A stretch of DNA of 64,000 nucleotides from Rhina ancylostomus. Taxonomy: Eukaryota. Below, one piece after another: positions 25,011 through 39,038 of the stretch; positions within the stretch are counted from its first letter, which is position 1, and every line of letters begins with the position of its first letter. The stretch lies in contig JARFYF010000050.1 of NCBI GenBank assembly GCA_030265395.1, positions 4,344,730 through 4,408,729 on the forward strand, read 5' to 3'. The position numbers and the translations under genes were made by a program. Under the pieces are notes generated by a model, which was not told where the DNA came from, did no database searches, and saw nothing but the letters and a program-made list of their open reading frames with translations.

Positions 25011-26004
25011 TAAAGGATATGAAACAAGATGTCTGGAACACTAATGCTAAATCTTCTGAAGCAAATTTGTAAATTGGCTTAGATATGATAAAATAATTTG
25101 ATGTGCTAGATATGAGATGTAGTATGTTGGGACATCTAATAGTAAATGTGTGCAGCATAAAAGGATCCTCTGTTCAGATGCATTTGTTCAAATATACAGC
25201 CAGGTAATTTAAGGCCACTGCTAATGTAATGCAAAGATTATGGATTGAAGCTAAGACCCTCTTGGTCTGTAGATATGATGTCCACATAGCGTCAGCCATG
25301 GCCCAATGAGTAGATTTCGTGCCATGCCAAGTCTGAAGCTGGCAGCTTGAGTACCACTCTGGACTTGATTGTAACCAAAGTTTTTGTATTCCAAAACTTT
25401 GTATTAAAGGAATGTCTGGCCAAAGTGGTGTCGTATTTCCAGCATTACAATAACAATTAGACTTTGAAGTTACAGTAAGGCACTACATTAATGCAAATAT
25501 TTCACTCTTTTTTCCTTTGTAGTTAGATTAAAGGCATGGGTAGAACTAGAAAAGCAAACTTTGTGGCTGGTTTCAGGACATGGCTAAAAGTACAAAAAAA
25601 TTACTCATGGCACTTATTGACACATTATCACACTAAATATAATCCTGACAATTGGTTTTGACAAGCCAACTTTGATCTTGGAGATCATGCAGGGATTAAC
25701 TTATTTGAGGTGGCTTCAAACCAATGTGAAAATTGCATGCTCTGTCCTTTTTAAACTCTGCTTATACCACCAACTTGTTTCTGATACCTAATAAGGGAAT
25801 GAAAAAATATATAAGAGACAAACTTTTGAACAGACATCTGCAATGCAAGGGGATCTGCCATATTTAAACTTGGAAAGAGGACAGATTTCAAACCAAACTA
25901 GGCACCATGTTTTAAAATAGAGTTTGGGGAATGTGACAATGGGACAACAAATTTTTTTTTATATGGTGCCTTTTGCAGTCTTTATAGCCATTAAAACACT
26001 TCTG

Positions 26005-26190
26005 TAGCAAAAATAGTAATTCTGGAGGGATTTGGCCAGTTTAAGCAGCATCTGTTGAAAGAGAAACCAGTGAATGTTTTGAGTCAGCAACTCTTCCTCA
26101 GAACTGAGAGTCACTGACCTGCTTGTCTGGCCAAGTTCTTCCAGTTTTTCTGTATTTGTATCACATTCCAGCATCTGCAGCTTTATTTGT
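26005..26190. mobile_element. Penelope-derived inverted terminal pair with minus-strand hammerhead-like motif (26068-26106)
   Basis: Reverse complement: CAGTT CTGAGGA A GAGT tgctg ACTC AAAA CATT CACTG; right arm ..ttccagtttttctg..ttccagcatctgcag. Confidence 0.65.
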
Positions 26191-26214
26191 TTTCCACTCT
26201 TGCAGTATTGGCAA

Positions 26215-26405
26215 TATTGCAATATAGGAAAACCAAGCAGCCGGTTTGTGCACAGCAAGCTGCCTCATTCAGCAATGTGACAGCAACTGAGTGATCTGTC
26301 TTCTGATGTAGGGATAAATGTTGACCAGGTCATTGTGGTTAACTCCACTACTTCTATCCAACATTGTATCATGAAACCTTTTAGATCCACCTGAGAGGAC
26401 TGATT
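26215..26405 (-). repeat. DeuSINE-like element
   Basis: ttgtgcacagcaag..gggataaatgttgaccagg..aactcc..tagatccacctgagagg. Confidence 0.65.
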
Positions 26406-26889
26406 TGAATTATGATGCTAAAAGCAAGTTGCGCCAGAGATGAGCACTGATATGTACATACAGAAAGACAAATTGTTGGTTTCTAATAGTTGCAGAGCAA
26501 GAATTTTTTTCCCTCCCAGTTGAATCCACTTCTGTTTGGAGAAACAGGATTTATAATTTGGATGTCTACAGTGGGCAATGGCATGCGGGGAAAAGCATCC
26601 TTCCTCCACTGGCAGAATAACATGTCTCCAAGAAAATAATTGTGTTCCAGCCATAGTGGCAGACAAAGTAATCTGGTCCAGATCGAAACCTGAAAGAGCA
26701 TCACAGCAGGAAAGTATCTCCCACTGAACATATCTTTCTTTAGTTCACAACTGGTGAAATAAGATAATTCACAGTATAATGAACTATTGCTAACGATGCT
26801 ATTGTTTTTTCTTGCTCATGTAATCAAAACCCCATCTCTCTCTGTACTTTGGCTTGAAACATCTTATTTCAAAGGTATACAATGATGGC

Positions 26890-27230
26890 AATATGCAAAA
26901 CTATAAGGGGCATAGAAAGGGCAGATAGTAGGAAACTTTTCCCCATAGTACGTGTATCTAAAACTAGAGGGCATAGGTTTAAGGTAAGGAGTAAGATGTT
27001 TAGAAGGGATTTGAAGAAGAACCTTTTCACCTGGAGGGTGGTTGGAAACTGCTGGAGGGGATGGTGGAGGCAGAGACTCTCAACAGTCAAGAAATATTCA
27101 GTTGAGCACTTGAACTGCAAAGGCAAAGTAAAGCTTCAGACCAAGTGCTGTTAAATGGATTAGAATAACTAGCTACTTGATGGTCAGCATGGATGGGCCT
27201 ATTTCTGTGCTGTATGATTTTGTGACTCTT
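26890..27230 (+). mobile_element. CR1-clade LINE 3' end
   Basis: KTIRGIERADSRKLFP..SKTRGHRFKVRSKMFRRDLKKNLFTWRVVG; tail gggcctatttctgtgctgtatga. Confidence 0.88.
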
Positions 27231-27329
27231 GGGCTGCTGACTCTGCAACCTGGCATACTGAAACTTTGACTCACTTCTTACTAGCTGAGCTTCAGACCCC
27301 TTACCCCAGCATTGATTATAGAGTTTCAT

Positions 27330-27840
27330 CAGTAGGTATGATTAGCAAGTTTACATATGACATGAAAAATGCTGGTGTTGTTGATAATCAGGAGGATTGT
27401 CTTGGGTTGCAGAATGATACTGACTAGCTGGTAAATTGGTGGAACAAAATTTAATCTTGATAAGTGCAAGGTGATGCATTTTGGGAGGTCCAATAAGAAT
27501 ACACCTTGAATGACAGGGCCNNNNNNNNNNCCTTGGGAGTGTGAGAAACTGAGGGACCTTGATATACAAGTCCCTATATTAACAAAGGTGGTAGCACAGG
27601 TAGATAAGGTGGTGAAGAAGGCATGCAGGATGCTGGTCTTCATTAACTGGGGCATAGAATGTAAGAACATGGAGGTCATAAAACTTTTGTTGCTGGCTAT
27701 TTGAGTGCATTTCTGGTTACCACTCTAGAGAAAGGGTGTAAGTGCACTGGGGAGGAGACAGAGGAGATTTACCAGGATGTTGCCCAGGATGGGCAGTTTC
27801 ACTTTTGAGGAGGGTCTGGACAAGCTGAATTTGAGGACTG
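27330..27840 (+). mobile_element. CR1-clade LINE RT fragment
   Basis: ISKFTYDMK (FADDTK-like), KCKVMHFG, QVDKVVKKACRML.FI..GIECK. Confidence 0.8.
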
Positions 27841-28794
27841 GATAAATGACAGTACCCTCCGTTTTAGGTAACTTTCTTTTGTATATAATCTCAACAAAAT
27901 TGATTACTTATGATAGTGAAATGTGCAAGAATTGCGTTGAGCCAATGTGTCATGTACAGTATCTCAATCCAGTGCAAACTTGTTAGAGGAGGTAGAAGCT
28001 GAATTAAATAAAATACTAATCCCTTCATTAATCTTAAGGAAAACCTAGAGGAGCATGCTTGACGCAGAACTCAGATTTTAATAGGAATAGAAAAAAGTGG
28101 GTTAGTGAATATTCTTGAACAATGGGGCAGGTTGTTATCATGCTATGCAGCTGGAGAGGCCTGTGAGCCGTGAGGAAGATTAAGCACCTGACGTAAACAA
28201 GATTTCATTTTGTTTTCAGATGCCCATTGAGATATGTGCCGGGTTGACAGCAAGAAAAGCAATATAAAGTAAATGGGCTTGTCAAACTTTTTCTGGTATC
28301 CTTGAATTTCAACTCGCTGGCTTTGAAGACAGTATGATAAGAAGCATAGAATATTATATTGTATGAGGTACTTTGATGCTAATCTGGGAGACTAGGAGTG
28401 ACATAAGAAAACTAAAGCCCTCACACTGAATTTGTATTCGGTTTGGATCAGATAGGATCTGCATGTGTTTGGTAATGAAGGTAAAAGCTCTGGCAAAGCT
28501 TCAGCAAAACAAGTGGTCCAATATAAAGAATTATTTATAGGCACAGATTAAAATAACAAGCACACCATGGATAAATGATAGTGTATGTTGTTAGTGCTCT
28601 GTACTACCGATTGAAGATGGGGTGTGAATTGTATCTCTTTCTAATGGCTAATATCGGTCATAATAATAGATAAACAATTCAGGAGCAATATGCATAAATG
28701 TCTTGCCAGGCTAAAGAATATTTGCTTCAACCTTTTATATTGCTTAGACTAGGATGCAATATAGTGAGGGAAATAGAGAAATGTTCAAGACAAA

Positions 28795-29450
28795 ACAAGA
28801 ATTTGCATGTATATATACTTGTAACTGCGGTAAAATGTGCCAGGCATTTCACGGGTCCAACAGCAGATGACCAGTTGCAGGGTGAAAATAGAAAATCTTG
28901 CCTTGAGAACACACAGAATAGAAGCAGGAGCAAGTCAATCAGCCCTCCATTCATGTTCCACTATTCAATATCAGAACTGCACCCTTTTCCTACACAATGC
29001 CCCCATCCCTGTATTCTTGTAACATGCAAATATCGAGGGGTCTCTGTATTGATTATTGATCAAGCTTCCACAGCTCTCTTGGTAGAGAATTCCTAAGGTT
29101 CACTCTCCTCTGGCTGAAGAAATTGCATCTCATCTCCAAGTCAAATTTGACATTGAGGTACATAAGGGAAGAAGACCAAAAGAAGGTAGGTTTATGGAGC
29201 TGCTTGAAAGAGAAATGAAAATTAGAAAGGCACAGAGGATGTTGGGAGAAAATTCCTTAGTTAAGATTCTTTGCATTTGAAGGTACAGTTACCAAAACTG
29301 AAGCAATCAAATCAGGGATGCTCAAAAAGTGAGAATTAGAGTGCAGAAATGCTTCAGAGGGTGTAAGGCTCAAGGACATTATAAAGACAGCATGGTACAG
29401 ATCAAATGTAGTGATTTGAAATAAATAATGCAAATTTTAAAATCAAGGTT
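28795..29450 (-). mobile_element. L2-clade 3' fragment interrupted by CR1-type tail (about 28910-29140)
   Basis: aatttgcatgtatata..ccaggcatttcac tail; agaatagaagcaggag CR1 tail; resumes with gaaggtaggttt..ggagaaaattcc. Confidence 0.5.
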
Positions 29451-29734
29451 TGCTTATTTGAGAATTACTTTTGTGGGCGGTTTCTTAGTGTTGAAGATGA
29501 CTTCCTCCCCAGTTCTGGGGTTCTGACGCCAAAGTTGATTCACAGATCCTGCCACAGGTAGAGTAAGGGGTGCTTGATGGAGTGGATGGGTGAGTAGTAC
29601 AGAAGGTAGCCAGTTTCTTCTGTTTATACTGGGCTTTTGCAAGCTCTTGATGAAGACATTCATAGTTAACAGTGCAAACTTGAATGCTGCTGCTCCTTGA
29701 TGGTGACGGGGCAAGGATCCTCATGAGTTCGTGG

Positions 29735-30000
29735 AAGGGGAGAAGTTTGAGATCTGAGGGGTACATTTTTTACACAGAGGGTTGTGAATGTCTAGAACGA
29801 GCTGCCAGAGGAGGTGAGAGGCAGATACAGTTACAACACTTACAAGGTGTTAGGACAACTTCTTGGATAGAAGAGGCATGGAGGGTTTATGGGCTTAATG
29901 CGGGCAAATGGGATTAGAGTAGATAGGCATCATGATTGGAATGGACGAGGTGGACCAAAGCGCCCATTTACGTGCTCTCAGTTTCTATGATTCCATGAGT
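29735..30000 (+). mobile_element. CR1-clade LINE 3' end
   Basis: FFTQRV-like ttttttacacagaggg; ggcaaatgggattag; tail. Confidence 0.7.
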
Positions 30001-30414
30001 CTGGCCCCAACAACAATTAAGGAAACATCCAGGACAGAGTCATCCACTCTACTGGTACTATATTTACTAGCCTAAACATGCACTCAATCTACTACCAGTG
30101 CACCATAGCTGCAATCTGCAGTGTGTTTAAAAAAAATAAGGCATTGCAGCCACTCACAATACTGCAATAGCATCTTTGAAACCTGCCGTATTTACCCGTT
30201 AGTAGGAGAGGGCCATCAGACTGTCAGGAACACTATCACCACTTACAAATTTTCATCCAAACTGCACCTCAGTCTGACCTTGAAATATATCATCTTTTCT
30301 TCAGAGTTGTTGGGTCTCAGTCCTAAAAGTTACTAGCCAACAACTCCAAAGAGTATCTTTACTAGAAAGACTATAATGATGGAAGGAGATAGCTTACCAC
30401 CACCCTCTTAAGGG

Positions 30415-31035
30415 CACATCTACCTGCACCCAGACCATATCCCTCCAATCCCTCTCCCATGTACCCCTCCCAACTTCTCTTAAATGTTACAACTGAACCT
30501 GCATCTACCACTTCCGNNNNNNNNNNNNNNNNNNNNNNNNNNNNNNNNNNNNNNNNNNNNNNNNNNNNNNNNNNNNNNNNNNNNNNNNNNNNNNNNNNNN
30601 NNNNNNNNNNNNNNNNNNNNNNNNNNNNNNNNNNNNNNNNNNNNNNNNNNNNNNNNNNNNNNNNNNNNNNNNNNNNNNNNNNNNNNNNNNNNNNNNNNNN
30701 NNNNNNNNNNNNNNNNNNNNNNNNNNNNNNNNNNNNNNNNNNNNNNNNNNNNNNNNNNNNNNNNNNNNNNNNNNNNNNNNNNNNNNNNNNNNNNNNNNNN
30801 NNNNNNNNNNNNNNNNNNNNNNNNNNNNNNNNNNNNNNNNNNNNNNNNNNNNNNNNNNNNNNNNNNNNNNNNNNNNNNNNNNNNNNNNNNNNNNCCCTAA
30901 ACCTATGTCCTCTAGTTCTAGTCTCACCCAACCTTAGGGGAAAAAGCCTGCATGCATTCACCCTATCTATATCTTTCATAATTTTGTATAGCTCTATAAG
31001 ATCTCCCCTCATTCTCTTGTGCTCCAGGGAATAGA
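30415..31035 (-). mobile_element. CR1-clade LINE 3' fragment spanning gap 30517-30894
   Basis: MRGDLIELYKIMKDIDRVNACRLFP..TRTRGHRF. Confidence 0.85.
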
Positions 31036-33169
31036 CTGCAAAACTCCCTGTTTTGCAGTTGCAGTCTACAGTAATTCTTCAGTGTGATTGGTTGCTTAGT
31101 TTGTTGAATGACCTCAATGTTTTTAGAAGACCAGAAATCCCCTTTAGCTGATGCTGAAATGAAATTAATGTTGAAAGGAAAAGTCCAAGTCACAGCGATC
31201 TCTTTCCAACAGCTTTTCTTGGGGCCAGTGCTGAGAACTGACTCTTCCAACCACATCTCTGAACCAACCTGAATAAAACCTGATGCCTTCCCGTTGTAGG
31301 ACTCGGCAATTCAGTGATCAGCACAATTACCCAATATTGATTCAAATATTAGGTAGCCAGAAGATTTTGAGTTTGGACCATCTCAAACTAGCTGATCCTT
31401 GACAGGTGCAGATGAACAATGATTTGTAAAATGGAAACCTGATTACGAAACTCCCAAATCCCCTGTCCTCCAAAACCAATTTCAATCCATTTGTAACCTT
31501 AATTATTGCTTAATTTTGTTAATAGCCATCATTTTATTTTTGAGTGTTTTATCTTCTCACCATATTTTCGTGCTACTCTGCTGTACGTACAATCAAGTTT
31601 AATGTAGAAGAGTCCTTCATTAAATTTCTACTTCAAAATGAAAATAGTGTCATTAGCAAAACAGTTGCATTTTAATCTGAACCCTCAAAGTCTTTCATAA
31701 GATGAGTTTTTTGCCTTGTTTACCTTTTGTACATCATTTCCTAATTCCCTTGAGCGCAGCACAATATCTGGTGGTTTTTGATTTGCTTTCTATTTTTCTA
31801 TATTTTTATTTCACATGTAGTTATAGCGGGTAAGACTATGTTCTTATGGCGAAATAATGTAGAATCTTTCTAAAAATAGGTGGATAATTGTGAATATCAT
31901 TACAGTTTAAGGAGTAATATTGTTTTAAAATAAAAGCATGACCTTCCATTTCTTATTATTTAATGTTAAACAGTTACTTAAACTGAATCTGAGACGTGCA
32001 TGTCTGAGGTCACTGTCAGCAAAGAAATTTTCAAGAGATAATAGAATATACTTGAAGTAGGCACAGGATGGGATGTTTACCCAAATGGTATTATCATAGG
32101 GCTGGTCAATTAAAGTGTGCAGTTTTATTAATCTCTTACATAATTTGAAAGATCTGATAAAGTTTCTAATCAACCCCCTTTTTCACATCATGAATACTCC
32201 TACTTTTATCTCTGTTGATTCCTTTCCATTCCTTATGCACATGTCCACACTCAATAATTTAACTTACAGACTTCATTAATTTCCTTCTTTATCTCCATCA
32301 TGATCCTTTAAGTCCTGTTGGCCATAGGTACTGTTTCTTTATTTAGCTCAACCAACACTGAAAAAGTTACTCTCATATATTGTAATATCACCCCTCTCAC
32401 TTTCCATCACTTCAGAATTCTGATATCCCGCTCTTAGTTAAAAAGAAAGGGAAATAATTATTAAATATTTGTCATAGACCATCAGTGTTGCTGTTCAACA
32501 GATCCTCTCACCCCAGTGATTCCATTTTATTTTTTATAACTCTCTTTTTACTAATGTGTTAAGAAAATACTAATCTGTTTATAGCTTTCCTCTGTTTTCT
32601 CATCTTGTCTATAACCACTTCTTATTTAGAATATTATTCTTACAGACTTAATAGTCCCTCTTCAATTTCACAGTAATTGCTCAGTAATAGCATTCTTTCA
32701 GTGACATAATGAAACTGGAGTAATTGCCCTTTTTAAAGAATATTGCATAGAGATTCAATCTCATAGCATATTTTCCCCAGCGTTGCACAATTGAAATGAA
32801 CTTTATCAGGAGTGAAATGCAGTAATGACTATTACTGAATCAGTATGTGTCAGAATGGAAATTTGATTCAATTCCCCAAGCCTCAACCAACCTCCCCACC
32901 AATTGCTCTCTGTTCTCTGTCCACTGCCCCAGCAGTTTTGCAAGGCTTATAATGGAGGCCCAAATATCCAGCTGATTGCTGTCCCATTCTAGACCACTCC
33001 AGGGCCTGATCCATCTCATTTTTCTTGCACATCACTGATCCCAATCCCCTCAGTCCCTTCCTGGCCACTTCCTCACCGACCTGACCCAGAGCTCCAACAG
33101 CCGATAGCCTTCTGAAATTTTGCAGCAAAGGATTCACAACCAAAGCAGTAATTAAAACTATACTGCAAT

Positions 33170-33530
33170 GGATTTCCAGTTATAGAAATTGGTAGGTGAT
33201 AAGCAGAACCAGATGAGAAGGGGATGATGTGCAAATAGAAGGTGGGAGGGGGTGGGAAAGGTGAGCAAATGGAGAAGAAAACTAGTGTGTGGGAGGAGAG
33301 CACCATGGGTGGGGGGGGGAGGAGGTGTGGGTAATCTGACAATGGAAAATTCAATGTTCATACCATAGGATTGTAAGCTACCCGAGAGGAATATGTGGTG
33401 TTTTTTCTTCCAATTTGCATTTGCCTCTCTGAAGTAATGAAGAAGGCTAAGGGCTGATGGGTTGGTGTGGGAATGGGAAGGAGAGTTAAAATGAATGCAG
33501 CCGGAAGCTCAAGATGCCTATTGTGGACAA
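33170..33530 (-). mobile_element. Penelope-like GIY-YIG C-terminal fragment and 3' UTR
   Basis: Minus: HSFNSPSHSHT..KLEEK.HIFLSGSLQSYGMNIEFS (with frameshifts). Confidence 0.7.
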
Positions 33531-33544
33531 AATCTTCTTACTAG

Positions 33545-33960
33545 ACTAATACATTGAGGTTGTCTTACGAAGAAGGGTCGACAGGCTCCGTTTGTATCTG
33601 CTGGAGTTTAGACAAGTGAAATGGAACTTGATTGAGCCTGAAAGGTTTTGACGGGTGGAGATGGAGAGGATATTTCCACTGTAGGAGAACCTAGAATTAG
33701 GAATCATAATTTGAAAATAAGGGATAATGAAAAAAAAATGATGGTTGGGAGTCTTCTACAAATGGCAATGGAAGTAGTCTTTGAGTATTTTGAAGGCAGA
33801 GATATATCAGTACTTGATAACCATGAGGGCAAAAGACTACCCTGGATAAAAATGAATGCAGCATTGTGATCGCTGTCAGGTGACCCATGATCTTACGAAA
33901 TGGCAGAGCAACTTTGAGGGGCCAGGTCCCCTTTTCCTGCTCCTAATTTATATGTTTGTA
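33545..33960 (+). mobile_element. CR1-clade LINE 3' end, degenerate
   Basis: GLSYEEG.DRL.LY.LEFR, RIRNHNLKI; tail ttcctgctcctaatt. Confidence 0.65.
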
Positions 33961-34739
33961 AGAGTTTATTTTCCATTCTTGACCAGTTCACAACTGATTT
34001 TTTTTATTAATTAATGCTATTTCCTGAATCTCTCTGAGTAATATTCTACATGGTGCACTCAACACCTCTATTTTAATACTTTTTTAAACAATATTAATTT
34101 TCCCACAACATATTGGGTCTAAGCTGTTGCCTACCTTTGTCCTATTTTAGCCTTCATCCTATTTATGAATACCCTATTTATAAATGCCTTATTTATAATC
34201 TTGCTAATTTGTTTTCCGCTTGGATAATATCCTCAGTCATTACACCGATCATTATTAGCTGATCTTAGACAGTTTTGTTTTCCTTTCCACCTGTCTTTCC
34301 TAATTTAAATCCTCTATATTAGTATTCTGCTGTAGACTTACCATACAGAACAACTCTCATCTATTCAAGAACTAATATCAATGTCCATCAAAGCAGAATC
34401 CTTTGCTGTCTTTCCTTAAATCGTGGATTAGTTCCTTAATCTTTCTATTGTTACATATTGCGACATAAACACAATTGATTCATTTCTGTCTTTCATACTT
34501 CCATGACAAAGGCCAAATAAGACTTTACAGTGAATACTCTCAGCAGTACAGAAATATCAACCACAGGAAAAAAATACTTCAAAAGCTGAAAACTTGCAAA
34601 CTGGGTGGTAAATGTAAGAACCAGCTTGATCAATTGGTACTGCAAAATTGAGCACTTTAATTAAAGTTGATGTACTATTGTAATACTGAGAAAGTACTAC
34701 ATTGTCAGAAGTGCTCGTATAGGATAGGTGATTCTGTAT

Positions 34740-35035
34740 GGCGGTGCTGCCTTGGTTAAACTGCAGGTAATTCAAGGGCCCCATCCAACAATCCAGAAAC
34801 TGAAATTCAAATTCTATAGTGGCAACTGTGGAGTTTAAATTTATTTAATAATCTGGATTTTTTTAAAAAGAACTAGAGACTAGGAAATGAACACCATGCA
34901 AATTATTTTATTATAATTCAATAATGTCCTTCAGGGGAAGAAATCACCAGTCTTACTCTGTATGCCCAGTCTGGTTGAGCCTTAAATGCTCTCTGCAATG
35001 GCCTAGCAAGTCACTCAGTGATATCATAACCACTA
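34740..35035 (+). repeat. Unclassified tRNA-derived-type SINE; opposite-strand copy at about 60960-61250
   Basis: aatccag..aaattcaaattc..ggagtttaaattt..aatgtccttcaggggaagaaat..ggcctagcaagtcactcagt; reverse match actgagtaacttgct at 61002. Confidence 0.45.
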
Positions 35036-35039
35036 TGCT

Positions 35040-35375
35040 GAAAAAGAGCAAGAACGAAACCAGATTTAGGTGATTGGTGGACTGAGGAGGGGTGTAAGAT
35101 GACAGGCAGGTTATGCCAAATAGGGGAGGTGAGCGGGGGTGGAGTTGGTAGACAGTGGCAAGTGAATTATAGATGGAGGCAGACAGAGAGAGGAAAAAGA
35201 GGAAAGAAAACATGTAGGAGGGGCCAGATTATATTGGCCATCTTCCCCCAAATCCTGATGCAGGGTTTCAACCTGAAACAACTCCTTTCCTCCCACAAAC
35301 GCTACTTGGCCCACTGAGTTCCTCCAACAGATTGCTTGTTGCTGCAGATTCCAGCGTCTGCTGTCTCGTGTCTCC
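35040..35375. mobile_element. Penelope-derived terminal sequence, inverted arrangement; + strand hammerhead-like motif at about 35250-35283
   Basis: Purine-rich antisense UTR then CTGATGC AGGGTTTCAACCT GAAAC and tail ctgagttcctccaacagattg..gattccagcgtctgc; similar to 40090-40240. Confidence 0.65.
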
Positions 35376-36050
35376 ATTGTACTGCATAACTGGATTGCTC
35401 TTGCACAGGGCAAATATGGATTTGTCAAGCTGAATGTTTTCCTGGCACTATAACTTTGCTCTGATGTTTTACAAAGGCAGTTCTGTCATTATATATTTGT
35501 ATATAATTATAAATGTAAATAAAGAAGTGAAATAAAATCAGAAAACATTGGGAAAACACTGCAGGACAAGCAGTAACTAAGAAACAGTATTAAAATTTTA
35601 GGTGGATCCCATTATTTACAAATCAGGGAGTTCTCCTGCCATTCTGATCAACATTCCTTACTCAAGCAACACAGTAAAAGTTGGTGATTTATTTTCGGCT
35701 TGTTCTGAAAAATAATTTAGATGCTGCCAAATAGTGTGAGATATGGAGTTCAAATGAGCTTTGATTTTTCAAGTAAAGGTCTATACCTCCTGCTTGCACT
35801 CTTTGTGGAATAGATTTAGAAAGTCTGAGCCAGGTGTAATTGTGGAGAAGCCCAAAGAGCGATTACTTCAGTAGTGTCATGCTGAGACTTACTGATCGAG
35901 AAACTTACTGATCTTCTTGCACAATTTTCCTCATGTAATTCTCCAGGGATTAAAAAAAGACTCGAAGTTCAATGGTCAGAGTTTATTTAAGCTTACTAGG
36001 AATAAAAGAAATGCCAAAAAAAATGTTAATTTTTTCTTCAGTTCTTCTAT

Positions 36051-38660
36051 AATCAGAATCAGGTTTATTATCACTGACATATATTGTGGATTTTGTTGTT
36101 CTGTGGCAGCAGTACAGTGCGAGACATAAAGATTACTGTAAGTTACAAAAATAAATAAATAGTGAAAAAGAGGAATAACGAAGTAGTGTTCATGGACCAT
36201 TCAGAAACCTGATGGCAGATGCAAAGAAGCTGTTCCTGAAATGTTGAGTGTGGGTCTTCAGGCTCCTGTACTTCCTCCCTGATGGCAGAAACATGAAGAG
36301 GGCATGTCCCAGGTTGTGCGGGTCCATAATAATGGATGCCACCTTCTTGAGGTGCTGCCTCTTGAAGTTGTTCTCAATGGTGGGGGGGTTGCGCACGTAA
36401 TGGAGCTGGCTGAGTCTACAACCCTCTGCAGCCTCTTGTGATCCTGGGCATTGGAGCCCCCATGCCAGGCGGTGATGCAACCAGTCAGATTGTTCTCCAC
36501 TGTACATCTGTAGAAATTTGCAAGAGACTTTGGTGACATACCAAATCTCTTCAAACTCCTAATGAATTGGAGCCGCTGGCATGCCTTCTTCATGATTGCA
36601 TCAATGTGTTGGGCCCAAGACAGATCCTCTGAGATGTTGACACCCAGGAACTTGAAGCTGCTCACCCTTNNNNNNNNNNNNNNNNNNNNNNNNNNNNNNN
36701 NNNNNNNNNNNNNNNNNNNNNNNNNNNNNNNNNNNNNNNNNNNNNNNNNNNNNNNNNNNNNNNNNNNNNNNNNNNNNNNNNNNNNNNNNNNNNNNNNNNN
36801 NNNNNNNNNNNNNNNNNNNNNNNNNNNNNNNNNNNNNNNNNNNNNNNNNNNNNNNNNNNNNNNNNNNNNNNNNNNNNNNNNNNNNNNNNNNNNNNNNNNN
36901 NNNNNNNNNNNNNNNNNNNNNNNNNNNNNNNNNNNNNNNNNNNNNNNNNNNNNNNNNNNNNNNNNNNNNNNNNNNNNNNNNNNNNNNNNNNNNNNNNNNN
37001 NNNNNNNNNNNNNNNNNNNNNNNNNNNNNNNNNNNNNNNNNNNNNNNNNNNNNNNNNNNNNNNNNNNNNNNNNNNNNNNNNNNNNNNNNNNNNNNNNNNN
37101 NNNNNNNNNNNNNNNNNNNNNNNNNNNNNNNNNNNNNNNNNNNNNNNNNNNNNNNNNNNNNNNNNNNNNNNNNNNNNNNNNNNNNNNNNNNNNNNNNNNN
37201 NNNNNNNNNNNNNNNNNNNNNNNNNNNNNNNNNNNNNNNNNNNNNNNNNNNNNNNNNNNNNNNNNNNNNNNNNNNNNNNNNNNNNNNNNNNNNNNNNNNN
37301 NNNNNNNNNNNNNNNAGTAGATGTGGGTGCTACCGGGCAATAGCCATTGAGGCAGCTCGCCCTGCTCTTCCTGGGCACCGGTATGATTGATGCCCTTTTG
37401 AAGCAGATGGGAACCTCCAACTGCAACAGTAAGAGGTTGAAGGTGGGTTGAAGGTGTCCTTGAACACAACAGCCAGTGACAGGCACAGATTTTCAGTGGC
37501 CTGTCAGGTACGTCGTCGGGGCCCAATGCTCTGCGAGGGTTCACCCTCTCGAAGGTTCTGATGTTGGCCTCTGNNNNNNNNNNACAGGTGTAGTGTTCAA
37601 TGCTTGCATGAAAGGTGTTGAGCTCATCAGGGAGTGAAGCATCACTGCCATTTATGCTGTTAGGCTTAGCCTTATAGGAAGTAATGGAATGCAAACCCTG
37701 CCACTGCTGTCGTGCATCTGATTGTGTCTCTAACTTCACACGGTATAGCCTTTTCATTCTCACTATGGCCTTCCGTAGGTCATACCTGGACTTCTTGTAG
37801 GGTTCTGGATTGCCAGTCTTGAATGCTACAGATTTAGCCCTCAGCAAACTGCTAATCTTCTGGTTCATCCAGGACTTCTGGTTTGGAAAGTTCAGTATGT
37901 TCTTGACGGCATACGCTCGTCTACGCAGGTCTTGATGAAGACAGTGACAGCCATGGTATATTCATTCAGATCAGATGAATCCTTGAATATGGTCCAGTCC
38001 CCCGATTCAAAGCAGTCCTGTAAACGCTCCTCTGTTTCCCTTGACCAGACCTTCGCTGTCCTCACCACTGGTGCTGCAGTTTTCAGTCTCTGCCCATATG
38101 TTGGGAGTAGAAGTACAGCCAGGTGATTGGACTTGCCAAAATGCGGGCATGGGATGGCACGGTAGGCCTTCTTGATGGAGGTGTAACAGTGATTGAGTAT
38201 CTTGGCTTCTTTGGTTCCACAGGTGATATGTTGGTGGTAGTTTGTCAGAAACTACTTTAAGCTAGCCTGGTTGAAGGTGCCCTGTCTCATGACTGTTGAT
38301 CACGGTGCTCAGCTCCTCCGGTACCAGCTTGACCTTTGTGCGGTGGAATGTACACCGCTACCAGGATTACGGTGGAGAACTCCCTTGGCAGATAAAATGG
38401 ATGACACTTGACCACCAGATGTTCCAGGTCGGGGGAGCAGGACTGTGACACAACCGCCACATCTGTGCACCACGATGAGTTAATCATGAAGCAAACACCA
38501 CTTTACCTGATGCTGCCGTCTGGTCCATGTGGTGGATGGTGATGCCCTCGGGCTGGAGTACTGTGTCTGGAGTCCTGGGGGTGTGGGGGATCCATGTCTC
38601 TGTGAAGCAGAGTACACAACAGTCCCTGATGTCCCTCTGGTACTGCAGTGTACCATTTGA
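36051..38660 (-). mobile_element. Rex1/Babar LINE, about 2.6 kb degenerate copy (APE endonuclease + RT) spanning gap 36670-37315
   Basis: Minus ORFs: RDCCVLCFTETW, CSPDLEHLVVKCHPFYLPREFSTVILVAVYIPP, KPWMNQ, LPDELNTF, CFKRASIIPVPRK, VSSFKFLGVNISEDLSW, GRKYRSLK..FRNSFF; (GATTCT)n tail. Confidence 0.92.
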
Positions 38661-39038
38661 TACAAGTACAAGTATCCTTGATATCTCCTTGCACGTGAAG
38701 ATAGTTTTGCACATAACCTGTTAAGCACACCAAGTCACAAGGAGCCTGGAAAAAGTAGGACAATGCCAGTCAACATCACAGTTTATGTACTGTACTTAAA
38801 TGACAAAGGAAAGCTGTTTCATTTTCCTGCTGAGGTTGAATGCTGAAAAATGTTGACTTAACAAAGGTGCAGACCTATCCCATACTTCTAAGTCCACAGA
38901 ATTAAAAGACATGCATGAATGTCAAGGCAAAATTTTATTTGAAAATGCAAGAAAATGAAATTGAAAAGAATGACTAAACTGTGTGAACCAGCTTGCCACT
39001 ATATAATAAAAACATCTGGCTTGGACAAATGTCACTCT

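Noticed and set aside
36258-37868. 536-aa ORF as an intact reverse transcriptase
   Set aside because: Bridges a 646-N gap and shifts frame repeatedly; a decayed Rex1 copy
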